Below, one piece after another: positions 39,251-64,000 of a DNA stretch of 64,000 nucleotides (its first letter is position 1; every line of letters begins with the position of its first letter). The notes below the pieces were generated by a model. The model had not been told where the DNA came from, did not search any database, and saw only the letters and a program-made list of their open reading frames with translations. Both the position numbers and the translations under genes were made by a program. Source of the DNA: Hormiphora californensis (lineage: Eukaryota > Animalia > Ctenophora); assembly GCA_020137815.1 (NCBI GenBank), contig CM035357.1, positions 1,116,001 to 1,180,000 on the forward strand, in the 5' to 3' direction.

Positions 39251-39407
39251 TAAGATTCATTTACAGTTTGAAACATATTGTATGAAAAAAAGCAATTATA
39301 TGTCAACGTGAACTCACTCTTCACAGAATGTTAAACTTTTTTAGAAGCACGTGTTTGGAGGGAACACGACAACCCTGGACAACCCTGGACCAATGTGAAG
39401 CAGCGAT

Positions 39408-39459
39408 AGCTAATGGGACATTATTATTAACTCGAGTTAATAATAATGTCCCATTAGCT
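39408..39459. repeat. 52-bp perfect palindrome
   Basis: Centred on CTCGAG, no loop. Confidence 0.95.
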
Positions 39460-40389
39460 GCAATTGATTAGAAGAATTGATTAAATTGTAGAAACTCATA
39501 AACGTAATTTTTATTATAACAGCTTCTCGAATGGTTGTCAATAACGGACAACACAACTAACTATTCCATAGTGGGAAGCAGGATGAAGGGCTATGTTGAT
39601 CCCTGTATTGAATATTGATGAAGGGCTGAAGTTATATAACCTAGAAAAGAGATGGAGGTACAGGGGTACTAAAAAAATGAAACCCTTACAGCTCGACCAT
39701 GAACAATTGCACCTTCATAGAGTGCCTGTTTAAAACTGACACAGAGTGGCCGTGTCAATACAACATTCCCAGAATATTAGGATTCTTAAACTTATGGAGT
39801 CTCTTTGCAGGAAATTAATCGTGCACTGAGCCAGTAGGAGTAATATAATAAATAAAATAATGTGTATCATAAAGATCAGTTTAATTGAACTTGAGACGAC
39901 GGTTGCTATAACCACGGGCTCAACCACTAGCGTTTTAGTGAATAAAGAACCTGAAAGACGGTCACCCTAGTGGACAAAGGGATAGCCCACGGACTGAACG
40001 AACCTGAATGGCATCCGCTACCTAACCAAACACCTAACACCTAACACCTAACCAAACAACGGATTGAGGAGATCCAGCATAAAGAACAGGGAAAGAGCAT
40101 TGAAAGCATCGACCAGGCGATGGACTGGCTGAGGAGGCTAGAGTTGCAATTTACTATGGCAACGATGAGGCTGTAGCCGTTCTGGAGGACGAGAAATCGG
40201 TGCGTGAAGCGTGGAAGGATTTCATCACCGCAAGTGGTTTTCCATGGAACCTGAGACACGCTATTGAAAATTAAGTGATTTTTAAGTTTTTCACCCTATT
40301 GCATGCAAAAAGCTGACTACTGATATAGGTACTCTGGTAACGTTTGACTTAACGATACATTCAGAGACTGGGAGGGAAGTCTTGCCATA

Positions 40390-40485
40390 GACATGTTAAA
40401 AGGTTTTAGAGAGAAACAACCTGAACTGGCAGTGAGCAAGGTAATTGTTGCGTTCGGTACCAATGACATCAGGAATTGGCGTAAC
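40390..40485 (+). pseudogene. SGNH-esterase-like snippet (LINE ORF1 type)
   Basis: VSKVIVAFGTNDIR contains the GxND block. Confidence 0.45.
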
Positions 40486-40739
40486 TTTGTTAGGTGACAT
40501 CGTGGTAAGAAATATATTTTTGATGCATATATATATATTATATTATATATATATGAGGACCTCGTGTATGGGAACTGGGAAGACAACTGAAATGTTTGGG
40601 AAGATCATATCCCGAGATATGATGACACAGCGGTCGAAGATAAACTTATCAGTACATCATACAACTGGATTCGAGATCACCCCTAATACTGGAAGGTGTT
40701 GGTGTGCACAGACAGCAAATCGCTATGTGACAGCATGGC

Positions 40740-41936
40740 AGTAGTAGGTAAAATAGCCCCGCTGTACCACCTAAAAGTGTGGCACACCATATTTGGGCAT
40801 ATGAGTTTGGATATGGTCATCGTCACACCCCCTATCCGTGACTTGCCAGAACCCGAATTTGACAACTATTTTTTTTCTTCCCTCAGTGTGTGATTTTGTC
40901 CAAGGATTGTACGGCTGAGAGCAGTGACGACGATGAGGGGAGCGACGAGGCACTTGACGAGACACTTGACCCCGATGGAGATAGTGAAGCTTCACCGAAG
41001 CGAGATGAGTCTACCAGTGCCGGCAAACGCCGCAAGATTGCGATTGATTAATAAGGTGAGAGGACACTAGGGTGTGGTTTTTTCGACTAGGTCATTCAGT
41101 ATCTAGCTAATGTGAAACTATGGGCAATAAGGCTCAAACTGAAAGTAACAGTTGTATAAGATGTCATGAGACGATTGATATGTGTGTTTTGTTCGACCCT
41201 CCTTCCCTGCGTCCCATAAGACTATTGATCCCTTTTCAGATATCAAGTTTGGAAACACATGGAAGTAGCACACATGGAAGTAGCACGCGGTCCTCAACCA
41301 GCAACAAGCAATAGAATGAGACTGTGGGTGTGTTTCACAAACAAAAAAAAATAATAATAATAAACTCTTGCATGAGTCTGTTTAGAGATATTCATGTTTA
41401 TTCTTATCTCCGAGTAGGCCCAATTTCCGCCCCATAATTTCCAAGTAAATGATCGCGTCACGATCAGCAATGATGGTATCTCCCCAGCCAACGTTTCCCA
41501 AACCTCATCTACCTCATCACTCTTAGATCTCCTGTAGGATGGTGATGAGGTAGATAAGGTTTGGGAAACGTTGGGTGGGGAGACACCATCATTGTTGGCC
41601 GTGGAGAGAGAGAGATACACCATCATTTTCCTCAACGGGTATTTTATTATATAACCTGTTTTTGATCCTCTTTTTTTTTTTGGGAAAGAGTTGTGTGTTT
41701 GTCTCCACTCCAAAATGATCTTAAAATAATCATTAATGAACATTCACAGTCGCTGAACGATCATTCATGATCATTTCATAGGGTGGGGAGGTGGTTGGAG
41801 ACCCGGTGGGGGTCCTGATGGTAGCTGGATGTCTGCCAGCGATACAGCTGGTGGTGGAAAGTTGCCTGGGTGGAAGTTATGTGGTTGGTGCTGGAAATGA
41901 ACATTTTCAGTCCGTCCGGAAAGATATGGATTTTTT

Positions 41937-41982
<46 letters not shown>

Positions 41983-42288
41983 ACACTCTCGAACTTGATA
42001 CACAGATCAATTACTACACCTGGTGCACGGCTGACAGCCAACCGAGGAAAATCATGTGGTGACATCATACAATAACCATATTTGGTCAGTCGATGACTAA
42101 AGTCACGTGACCGTGTGACCATGTCATATGATAGACACGTGATCATGTCACATGATATGCTAAAAGCACGTGATAAGTCACGTGATGTGACGTCATATGA
42201 CCATATTTGGGTATGTGATGACGTCATATGCCCAAATATGGTGTGCCACACTTTTAGGTGGTACAGCGGGGCTATTTTACCTACTACT
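40740..42288. mobile_element. Non-autonomous Polinton/Maverick-type element
   Basis: AGTAGTAGG...CCTACTACT termini; perfect 65-bp TIRs (40740-40804, 42224-42288); 6-bp TSD CATGGC (40734-40739, 42289-42294). Confidence 0.8.
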
Positions 42289-42769
42289 CATGGCGAGCAC
42301 CAACCCAACAGCAACCATAGCCGGACTACTGCTACATCATGGGTCGTGGATAAACTTATCAGTACATCCTACAACCTTGGACACAATCATGAAATACACA
42401 AAGGAAACGGCCCAGCAGGCAATTTATGCATCCAGAAAACCCCCGGAACTGGTTATAGATGTGGAAACTGGACACCACCTTCACAATTCCCCACTCTTCA
42501 GAAGTTGAGCCTCCTGACATTTGGAACTTCGGAGGCTATAGCCGAGAGTTACGGCCATGTAATGGAGCTGTACCACCAACACCAATAACGAGGATACCCT
42601 AGTCCAGTCTGAAATGTTCGTCCAAGTGAACGGCCCACCCAGAGTAGTGCAGACTGGACTATCTCAAGAAAAATGTTGAAAAAGCAAAATCCGTCACACA
42701 ATTAGTTGTCGAATGTGTTGGATTGCTAATAAGGTAATAAATTCACATGCTTGCACTAAAAATACATTT

Positions 42770-43866
42770 ATCACTGCGCTGGCAAGCGCAAAGGTTGCCA
42801 TTCCCCCTCCCCCAAACAGCAAAGCGCCGCCAGAAACGCAGTTATACGTTTTATGGGTGTTTTGACTGAAAACCCAGATTTCAGAAGGCTATAGCATGGT
42901 TCCCATTCATCCGTTTGACTTGAAATTTGGAATGTATACCCGGCTCGGGGTCATTAACTTGGGTTCAAAATTTCAAGTCTCTATCTCATCTGGAACTGAA
43001 GTTACAGACAGGTCCCATTTGCCCTAGATTCAGTGTAACACATATGCGCGCGCGTGCGTGCGTAGGAGAGACGCTTTTTATAAACCATATTCACGCCAAA
43101 CGAAAAGAGATAGAAACTTCTCGTTTTCACAGCTGGTAGATCTACTGGATGTGTGTGTATTAGTCGAGGTGGCGTCCCTTTTCATCGCCAGGAACGTCCT
43201 ACAGAACGTCTTAAAGTCGTCATTTTTCAGACTCTGACCAAAATTCTTTGAGCTCAATTTACAGCCTGAAGACGGATTCTAATCGAAAAACGAAGACTAT
43301 ATCATGGAAAGAGAATTGTCTGATCTTTCAAAAACTATATCGCGAATTTTCAAAACTACATGTATAAGGGTCTTCAAACGCGTCTGAAGTGTTATGACTG
43401 TTTAAAAATAGATATGACGATATGGGTTTTTTCGCCATAGCGGACTCAAATCTTATCCAATCGATCTCAAACTTGGTCAGTAATTTCATCTAGGTAATCC
43501 CGATGATATGACGTCAAAATTTTGACGTCATGACGTCGTGACGTCATTTTATGACGTCAAAATGACGTCAAAAATGAAAAAATTCAACTTAGCGATTCCA
43601 TCCTCTCCGTACTTGTTCTACTACATCTAAATGGATAAAAAAATCCCAAAAATGATACAAATTATACCAAAACTAATTGAAATTAGTAGGCCGGAAAGGT
43701 TGCCCTATGATTTGAGCTACCTTTGGCACCAGTACATTTCCTTTTGAAGTTAGACGAAGCATCTGTTATACCCTGTTTTTACCCCGTGAATGTTACGGTG
43801 GCAAAGGTAGCTCAAATCATAGGGCAACCTTTCCGGCCTACTAATTTCAATTAGTTTTGGTATAAT
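42770..43866. mobile_element. Longer copy of the repeat at 1-750
   Basis: Direct similarity to 1-750; the left boundary is approximate. Confidence 0.75.
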
Positions 43867-43948
43867 CGGATAGATACATCCTCCCCAATAGGAGAATTAG
43901 CAATAGTTTATCTCTAAATACCGTTTCTCCGGTAAATATGGTGAATTG

Positions 43949-44072
43949 AGTAATACAAGATTTTTCAATCGTTTACTCAAAGTTTCATGCTTTCGCAATC
44001 GTCAGAACAATTGTTCTGACGATTGCGAAAGCATGAAACTTTGAGTAAACGATTGAAAAATCTTGTATTACT
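43949..44072. repeat. 124-bp perfect palindrome
   Basis: Centred on CAATTG (44008-44013), no loop. Confidence 0.95.
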
Positions 44073-45673
44073 TTGTAATCAGCTCCAGAATCTTGATCCT
44101 GTCGAGCGCTTTACCAGCAATCCCTTTATAAGCAAAGAGAGATTACGAGATCCATTACCGTTGACGGTGACACATATCGCCTCAGGTATTGGTGATGCCA
44201 TCACCTCTCTGCGGGCTTCGTTTTCGCGCGCTACGCGCGCGAGTTGTAAGGGTGACTGTGTCACCAACCTCAGGTACTGATGGGACACTTTTTATGACCA
44301 GGTTTTAATGCGTTTTTATGACCAGGTGCAATCTCCATACATAACGCTGTTTTTTTTTTCAGGAAAAGATTGCCGGTCCTGACCAGGGTGATCGATATCG
44401 ATCCGGACAGGGGGGAACTCTTGAGGACGGAGCAGATTAGGACACGGACCGGGCATTCAACAAACGCAGCAACCCTCCAATACACCAGGTACAAGAATAA
44501 CCAAACTCACGAGGAAATATCAGATATATTGAACAAATATGTGTCTCCTCAAGGACCTTCTCATCCATCTGATGATGAAACGGGCCAAGGCATTGCTAAA
44601 ACCTTGGTCAAGGCCCTCAAAGAGTTAATACCGGACACCACACCTGAGGATCATACAGAACCTTGTCTGGCGAGCATACGAACGAATAAAACAATATACG
44701 AGCTATATACTGCTCTGACTGCAGAGAAACGGACCCATCGAAGTGAACTATCACCATGAATAACCACCGTGCCCACTCACCGGTTGACAGCCTTGCCGGT
44801 GACATTCAACCTGGAATAGTAGCGTGACGTGTCTTGGAGTACTCCACACCACGCAACCGGGATATCCGACTGAATCAGAGTGTTGTTAATATGTTTCAAC
44901 ATCATCCAACCCTTATAATAATAATAGCATTATTATCAGAGAAATAGTTCTCTAGCTATGGAATGTTTTGTTTAACATGAATAAAATCTCCAGGAAGATC
45001 CTAATGAAGGAGGAATAAACTAGTCGTCCCCCACTACCATTGGGGTTACCATGAGAGTTACCCAATCTAACACGTCTCCGCCCCAGGAAATCGGCCCCAC
45101 TCGAAGGTGGAGTGTTATACCACCGAGAATTCCTCCAAATCCAGGACAAAGACTACACGGCTTACGAGCTTGCATTGTTACCTCTATGCGCTGAACTTGG
45201 AATAACCCTCCATCGGTCAAAGTCTGGTAGAGCAATCTTCGTGAGAGGAAAGGAGAACTTATCGAGTATTTTACATAACGCGAAGTAAATCTCCGGTTTG
45301 CGAGGAAGAAGATGAACGTGCTTCTACGTCGGAAGAAGCCATTACTCCGGGTTGTATGCCTTTTTACTCTCCGATCCAAAGGATTGGAGTTGGAAGATTA
45401 ATCTGGCATGCATATTGGAAAGGTCCGATAAAAGTGCCATTTGTGCTGTAATAGCAGAAGGCATGGAACAGGGACAGCTAATTGTCCTCCACGCAGAAAA
45501 CGTAGAACCTGTAAAAGTAGGACCGGGTTTCTAGGTGACGTCAGCAGACATAATAATAATGTCGTTAACAGCATGAGAAATAGTTTAGAAATATTTAATT
45601 ATCTATTGCATTGAGGAAGTTTTGTTTTCTCCTTCCGGCTGGACAAATGAGTAGACGTGGATTTTATTGTAGA

Positions 45674-45718
45674 ATAACGCTATCAATTTCGGCGCACAGC
45701 ACCATCTTCAGGCTATAA
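45674..45718 (-). ncRNA. Minimal type I hammerhead ribozyme motif (sense to the Penelope element)
   Basis: CUGAAGA-U-GGUGC(ugu)GCGCC-GAAA-UUGAUA core. Confidence 0.7.
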
Positions 45719-46022
45719 TATACGGAATATACATGTTAGAAAAACTGTACACATACCAATCGTAAAATAAAAATTACTGGAAAATTCTAAAGCTAAGCTA
45801 ATATAGTGAAATAGTAAAAGTTGGAAAAACTACACGCGGGACTGGGAAAAATTATAAAACAAAAATAAAGACTCGGAAATAAACGGGGTTTAAATAGTCG
45901 AGAAATAAGATCAGATAGTGAAATAAGATAGGAATCACACGACTGCTCATGCTCGAAAGATATCTGGCTAAAAATACTCAATGACCAATATGGCCGTTAG
46001 AAAATACTAAAAACGGATAATA

Positions 46023-46312
46023 TTAAGAAATAAGGAATCTAGATAGATCAGTCAACTCTTCTTTTAAATTAATAGTAGGCTTCTCTTTGTTAATATAATA
46101 TGCTTCTATAATCTTTCTATATAAGATACGTGACTCTGTTGTAATAATCTCAAAAATCAGATCAGGTACTGTCTTATTATGAAACTGTTTATAGTGCACT
46201 GCGAGTGCCATCTCCGAGTAAGATTTCAACGTAGGGGAGGTGGCATACCGGAGATGTTCTCCAAAGCGGTCTTTAGCTGTTCTCCCCGTTTCCCCGATGT
46301 AGATCTCTTTAC
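46023..46312 (-). pseudogene. Penelope GIY-YIG endonuclease C-terminal fragment
   Basis: CKEIYIGETGR...RFGEH...ALAVH...RKIIEAYYI...PTIN. Confidence 0.9.
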
Positions 46313-46354
46313 ATTGGTATGTGTACAGTTTTTCTAACATGTATATTCCGTATA

Positions 46355-46399
46355 TTATAGCCTGAAGATGGTGCTGTGCGCCGAAATTGATAGCGTTAT
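46355..46399 (+). ncRNA. Minimal type I hammerhead ribozyme motif (inverted pLTR copy)
   Basis: CTGAAGA at 46362, stem II GGTGC/GCGCC, GAAA at 46383, putative AUA cleavage triplet. Confidence 0.7.
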
Positions 46400-47194
46400 T
46401 CTACAATAAAATCCACGTCTACTCATTTGTCCAGCCGGAAGGAGAAAACAAAACTTCCTCGCTGATATGCGGCTAATAAACAATCAACCGATCCTTATTC
46501 TCTATCTATTGCATGTTTTATTTAATTAAGACCAATAAAATCTCCAGGAAGATCCTGATGGAGGAGTAATTTCCAAGTTTGAAAGGGAGTTAAAACGATC
46601 ATTACCCTGTGGTTAAATATGCCTACTGTAATAGTAGGCCACACCTAACACGGAGTAATGATGTACACAGAAATCTTCATGAAAGCCTTTTTCAGACTTT
46701 AGAAGGTTAGAAATTCAATTTTCTATTTTGAATCTAATTGAATGATCTGTGATAATTGATAAATCACTTTCTGAATTATCACTTTAAAATTTCAGAGAAA
46801 GTGGAGGTGAGCTCGAGCAGTGAGAGAGACCCCTTATACATGGCAGTGAAGGCCACGTTTATGAAACTGAAGGAGGAAAGGGAGCCTCATGGAGACTACA
46901 TGGAGGGAGGCATGGGAAATGCTGATAGCTAGACAGAGAGGGTTCTGGTAAAGCTAAGATCAATAATCAATCAATCAAAATGTACATTTAACATCCCGCT
47001 TTTTGACTAATAATAGTAAGAGTGATAAACATTAGATTAATGTCATTGGTTAATTTAACATTAAACAAATACATTAACAAATACAATTATAATTTATATC
47101 CGCTTTGTTAGTGCTAGTCGATCAAAGCAACCGGCAACGCCCCCGCTCCCACCACTAACAAGTAAAGATAATCGGTGATGGGGTACGTAAATAC

Positions 47195-48770
47195 AACCCC
47201 CAACCCAAACCCTAACCCTACTTTAGCCCTAACCTTGGCAAATGCTGCTGGCCCCCGATAGGGATAAGGCAGCGCTTTTCAAGACCTAACCCTAAAAAAC
47301 CGTTTGTCAGCACTCACGAAAGGAAAACGTTAAAATCTGGGTGCCTTTCATTGCTAACAATTCGTAGTTTTGGCGCGCGCGACGGGTTAGGGCTATCCGT
47401 TAGGGTCTGGTTAGGGTTTGGTTTGGGGTTATCGGTTAGGGCTATCGATTCTCTAACTGATACCGTTTAGTTTACTCAAATCAGCCATGTGGTTCCATGG
47501 CTATAGCCGTCTGAAAAAAGTCGGTCTAAGTATACTCTTTTGGTAGCGCGCACCTGTAAACAGGCTGCAAGGCACCCAGATTATAATCGCGCCCCTCACG
47601 AAACACCCAGATTTTAACGCTGGCCATGGCGAATGAACTTTTCAAATTTCGCTCGAGCGTTACAAACGCGAAATCGCGCGGCAGCGCTAACTAGCTCGCG
47701 CGGCTCAGCTGAGATAAAGCAAAAAATTTAAAAAATGCCCGGCCGGCCCACTTTTTATATTTTTATATATTTTACTCCCTAATAAGGAACCATAATAAAG
47801 TTCAAGAGCCTCCAAGAGCACCCAAGAGCGCACCCGATCGAAGAGAGACCACACCTGAGAGCGCACCACACCCAAAAGAGACCACATCCAAGAGCGTACC
47901 AGCTCCAGAAGACACCACTTCGAGAGCGCACCACATCAAAGAGAGCTCCCCATCCAGAAGATACCACGCGCAGGGGACACCACGCGCAGAAGAGACCAGC
48001 GCGGCGTTGTATTTGCGCGTGCGGTCTCTTCTGCGCGTGGTGTCCCCTGCGCGCGGTATCTTCTGGATGGGGAGCTCTCTTTGATGTGGTGCGCTCTGGG
48101 AGTGGTGTCTTTTGGAGGTGGTACGCTCTTGGATGGGGTGCGCTCTTGAACTTTATTATGGTTCCTTATCCCTTTTTCTCGGACGCCGATCTGGGTGTTT
48201 CGTGGTCTGTCTATAACAGGTGCACGCTTCCAAAATGTTGATTCACTAGAATGGCTCTAACCGCCAAACCACTTAATCATTTTGGCTAACTCGAAGTTTA
48301 TCTGGACATCTGGTAGGGAATGTCAAGGCGGAAGCCTAACCCCAGTCCCCAACCCCAACCCTACTTTAGCCATAACCCTAAAAAACTGTTTGTCAGCACT
48401 CACAAAACACCCAGATTTTAACGCTGGCCCTTTTTCTCTTCGGCAGCTTCTCTTCGGCTGTTGGGGTTCGTGAATTTTCAGAGAAAAAAAGTTCGTGAAA
48501 GTCTTGAAAAATGAAAAGCGCTGATTTATCCTGCTGCCTTGTATCTGGGCGTTTGGTAAGTGCTGCACTGACAAACGGTTTTTAAGGTTAGGGCTAAAGT
48601 AGGGTTAGGGTTTGGGTTGGGGTTAGGACTTGACATTTCCTATCAGATAAACTTTTTACTTTGGATCAGCAAAAACGGTTGAGTAGTTTGGTGGTTAGAG
48701 CCATTTAGTGCAGATTACTTTTTTTGGTAGAGTGCACCTGTAAACAGACAACCAAACATCCATATCGTAA
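47195..48770. mobile_element. Nested degenerate foldback elements with AACCCT-like subrepeats; includes hairpin elements at 47782-48169 and ~48188-48766
   Basis: ATAAGGAACCATAATAAAGTTCAAGAG pairs with CTCTTGAACTTTATTATGGTTCCTTAT; inverted AACCCT/AGGGTT blocks. Confidence 0.7.
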
Positions 48771-48782
48771 CGGCCCCCAGCT

Positions 48783-49400
48783 TTGATTTACCATGAGTCG
48801 TGACAACTGTGGATTTTGACGTTTGTATTCTGATTCGTGTGGTTGTTAGTTTAGGGGTAACTGCGTCACCGATCAAATATTTGCGACCAAACTAATAAGA
48901 AGTTCAGAAAGGCTGGAAAATTTTGGATGTCTTGAGATGACATTTGCATGTTATTAAACTATTGAAACTATTGAAACTGAAGAGACCCAAATCCTGTACC
49001 ATTCATGGACTTATTCCATTTTCTGACAGCAAATCAATCAGATTTGTTTCTAATTTTGCATGAAAGCTGGAGCACGAAATACTGCTATTGATTTACCATG
49101 AGTCGTGACAACTGTGGATTTTGACGTTTGTATTCTGATTCGTGTGGTTGTTAGTTTAGGGGTAACTGCGTCACCGATCAAATATTTGCGACCAATAATA
49201 AGTTCAGAAAGGCTGGAAAATTTTGGATGTCTTGAGACAAGTCAAAAATTTGAATGTTATTAAACTATTGAAACTATTGAAACTGAATGGACCCCAATCC
49301 TGTACCATTCATCATTCATGGACTTATTCCATTTTCTGACAGCAAATCAATCAGATTTGTTTCTAATTTTGCATGAAAGCTGGAGCACGAAATACTGCTA
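48783..49400. repeat. Tandem duplication of ~305 bp
   Basis: Units start at 48783 and 49088. Confidence 0.9.
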
Positions 49401-49401
49401 A

Positions 49402-49630
49402 AGTCTGATTTTAAATAACTGTCGTTTTTACCGCACTCGATTTTGCTCTATTATTACAATAACTCCGGTTCCTTATGAGATAAAGACTTGAAACTTGGGG
49501 GTTGCGAAGAACATGCTAAGTTCTTCCTAATCTCCAAATTTCAAGTCTCTATCTTATCAGGAACTGGAGATGTTGTCATAATAGAGCAAAATCGAGTGCG
49601 GTAAAAACGACAGTTATTTAAAATCGGACT
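49402..49630. mobile_element. Palindromic MITE
   Basis: ~105-bp inverted arms; related sequence at ~12330-12450. Confidence 0.75.
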
Positions 49631-49933
49631 ATAATGTAACAGAGCTCATGTCCCGCGTTTTTATAGGATATAGCCCCTCTCTGTGGTAGCTGTGTGGCCC
49701 GCCGGGGATTGGAGAGAGTAGAGTGATGTTTCGCGTTCAGGTGAGCTCAATATATTCCCCTCCTCCTCCCCCTCCTCTCTCCCTGTTTAGTAATGGACAC
49801 ATGGTAATATTCTCTATCATTAAAGTGGGCGTAAGGTCTATGGGTGCGGTGTGTACCATTGCCCATGTTCCCTGTCGTGCTAAGGGTACATCCGTGGCGG
49901 CCAAGGTAGGAAATACATGAAGAGAGTGTGTCT

Positions 49934-50042
49934 CAGGAACCGACCGAATCAGGAAATACTGGTCCCTGATTGGCTGATAACCAGTCACGTGACCTAAATA
50001 ACGAGTTCTGATTGGTTGTTTACTTGTTTCGGTCGGTTCCTG
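49934..50042. mobile_element. 109-bp hAT-type MITE
   Basis: CAGGAACCGACCGAA...TTCGGTCGGTTCCTG; imperfect 8-bp TSD GTGTGTCT/GTATGCCT. Confidence 0.85.
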
Positions 50043-50303
50043 GTATGCCTGTATAAGCATCTAGCATGCATCACCACAGAATGTACACAAATACAAATAA
50101 TATATGCGTATAATTAACACTCAGCTTGGTTTCACTAGTTTTCACCTTTGTTTCCTTGTGTGACGTCACCATGTGTTTCTTTTAAGAGCTCTGTTACATG
50201 TCTTTCTCTCTCTGTTCCATGTGTTTCTCTCTCTGTTACATGTGTTTCTCTCTCTGTTACTACATGTGTTTCTCTCTCTGTTACATGTGTCTCTCTCTCT
50301 CTG

Positions 50304-50369
<66 letters not shown>

Positions 50370-50409
50370 TTTGTCCCCTCACGGCTCATTGTCTGCACTA
50401 CAGTAGGGC

Positions 50410-64000
<13,591 letters not shown>

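Larger units (their letters stand above)
45612..46502 (-). mobile_element. 5'-truncated Penelope-like retroelement with inverted pseudo-LTR
   Basis: GIY-YIG ORF end; ~148-bp inverted repeats at 45613-45760 and 46313-46460; TATCTATTGCAT duplicated at 45600-45611 and 46503-46514. Confidence 0.88.

Noticed and set aside
19050-42288. One intact Polinton spanning pPolB, integrase and TIRs
   Set aside because: The TIRs enclose only 1.55 kb; pPolB and integrase lie outside them and are broken; no capsid, ATPase or protease was recognised.
47195-48630. Telomere or interstitial telomeric array
   Set aside because: Degenerate AACCCT units are embedded in inverted repeats, not a pure TTAGGG run.
49737-50060. 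ORFs sharing QEPTETSKQPIRTRYLG (also at 62296)
   Set aside because: Translation of the 109-bp MITE.

Overview
Intron-containing, repeat-rich animal DNA. It is probably from a ctenophore: I recall the 109-bp hAT MITE and the 141-bp pogo-like MITE from Pleurobrachia gene models, but could not verify this. Positions ~50.4-64.0 kb hold the first 13 exons of a + strand high-Mr thioredoxin reductase, whose introns carry giant foldback elements. Positions ~1-49.6 kb contain no long intact host gene. They are a mosaic of MITEs and short, often duplicated relics: Polinton/Maverick pPolB, gypsy-type integrase plus a RanBP2 finger, Academ-like transposase, CR1/L2 RT and esterase snippets, an F-box gene, and several pieces of an intronless TENT/Cid1-like nucleotidyltransferase. 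Most recognisable relics lie on the + strand. Structurally intact elements include a 5.4-kb retroposon-like insertion with a 450-bp monomer array nested in a Kolobok-like MITE, a 1.55-kb non-autonomous Polinton-type element, and a truncated Penelope element with hammerhead ribozyme motifs. A small hidden two-exon gene encodes PE-rich pentapeptide repeats.
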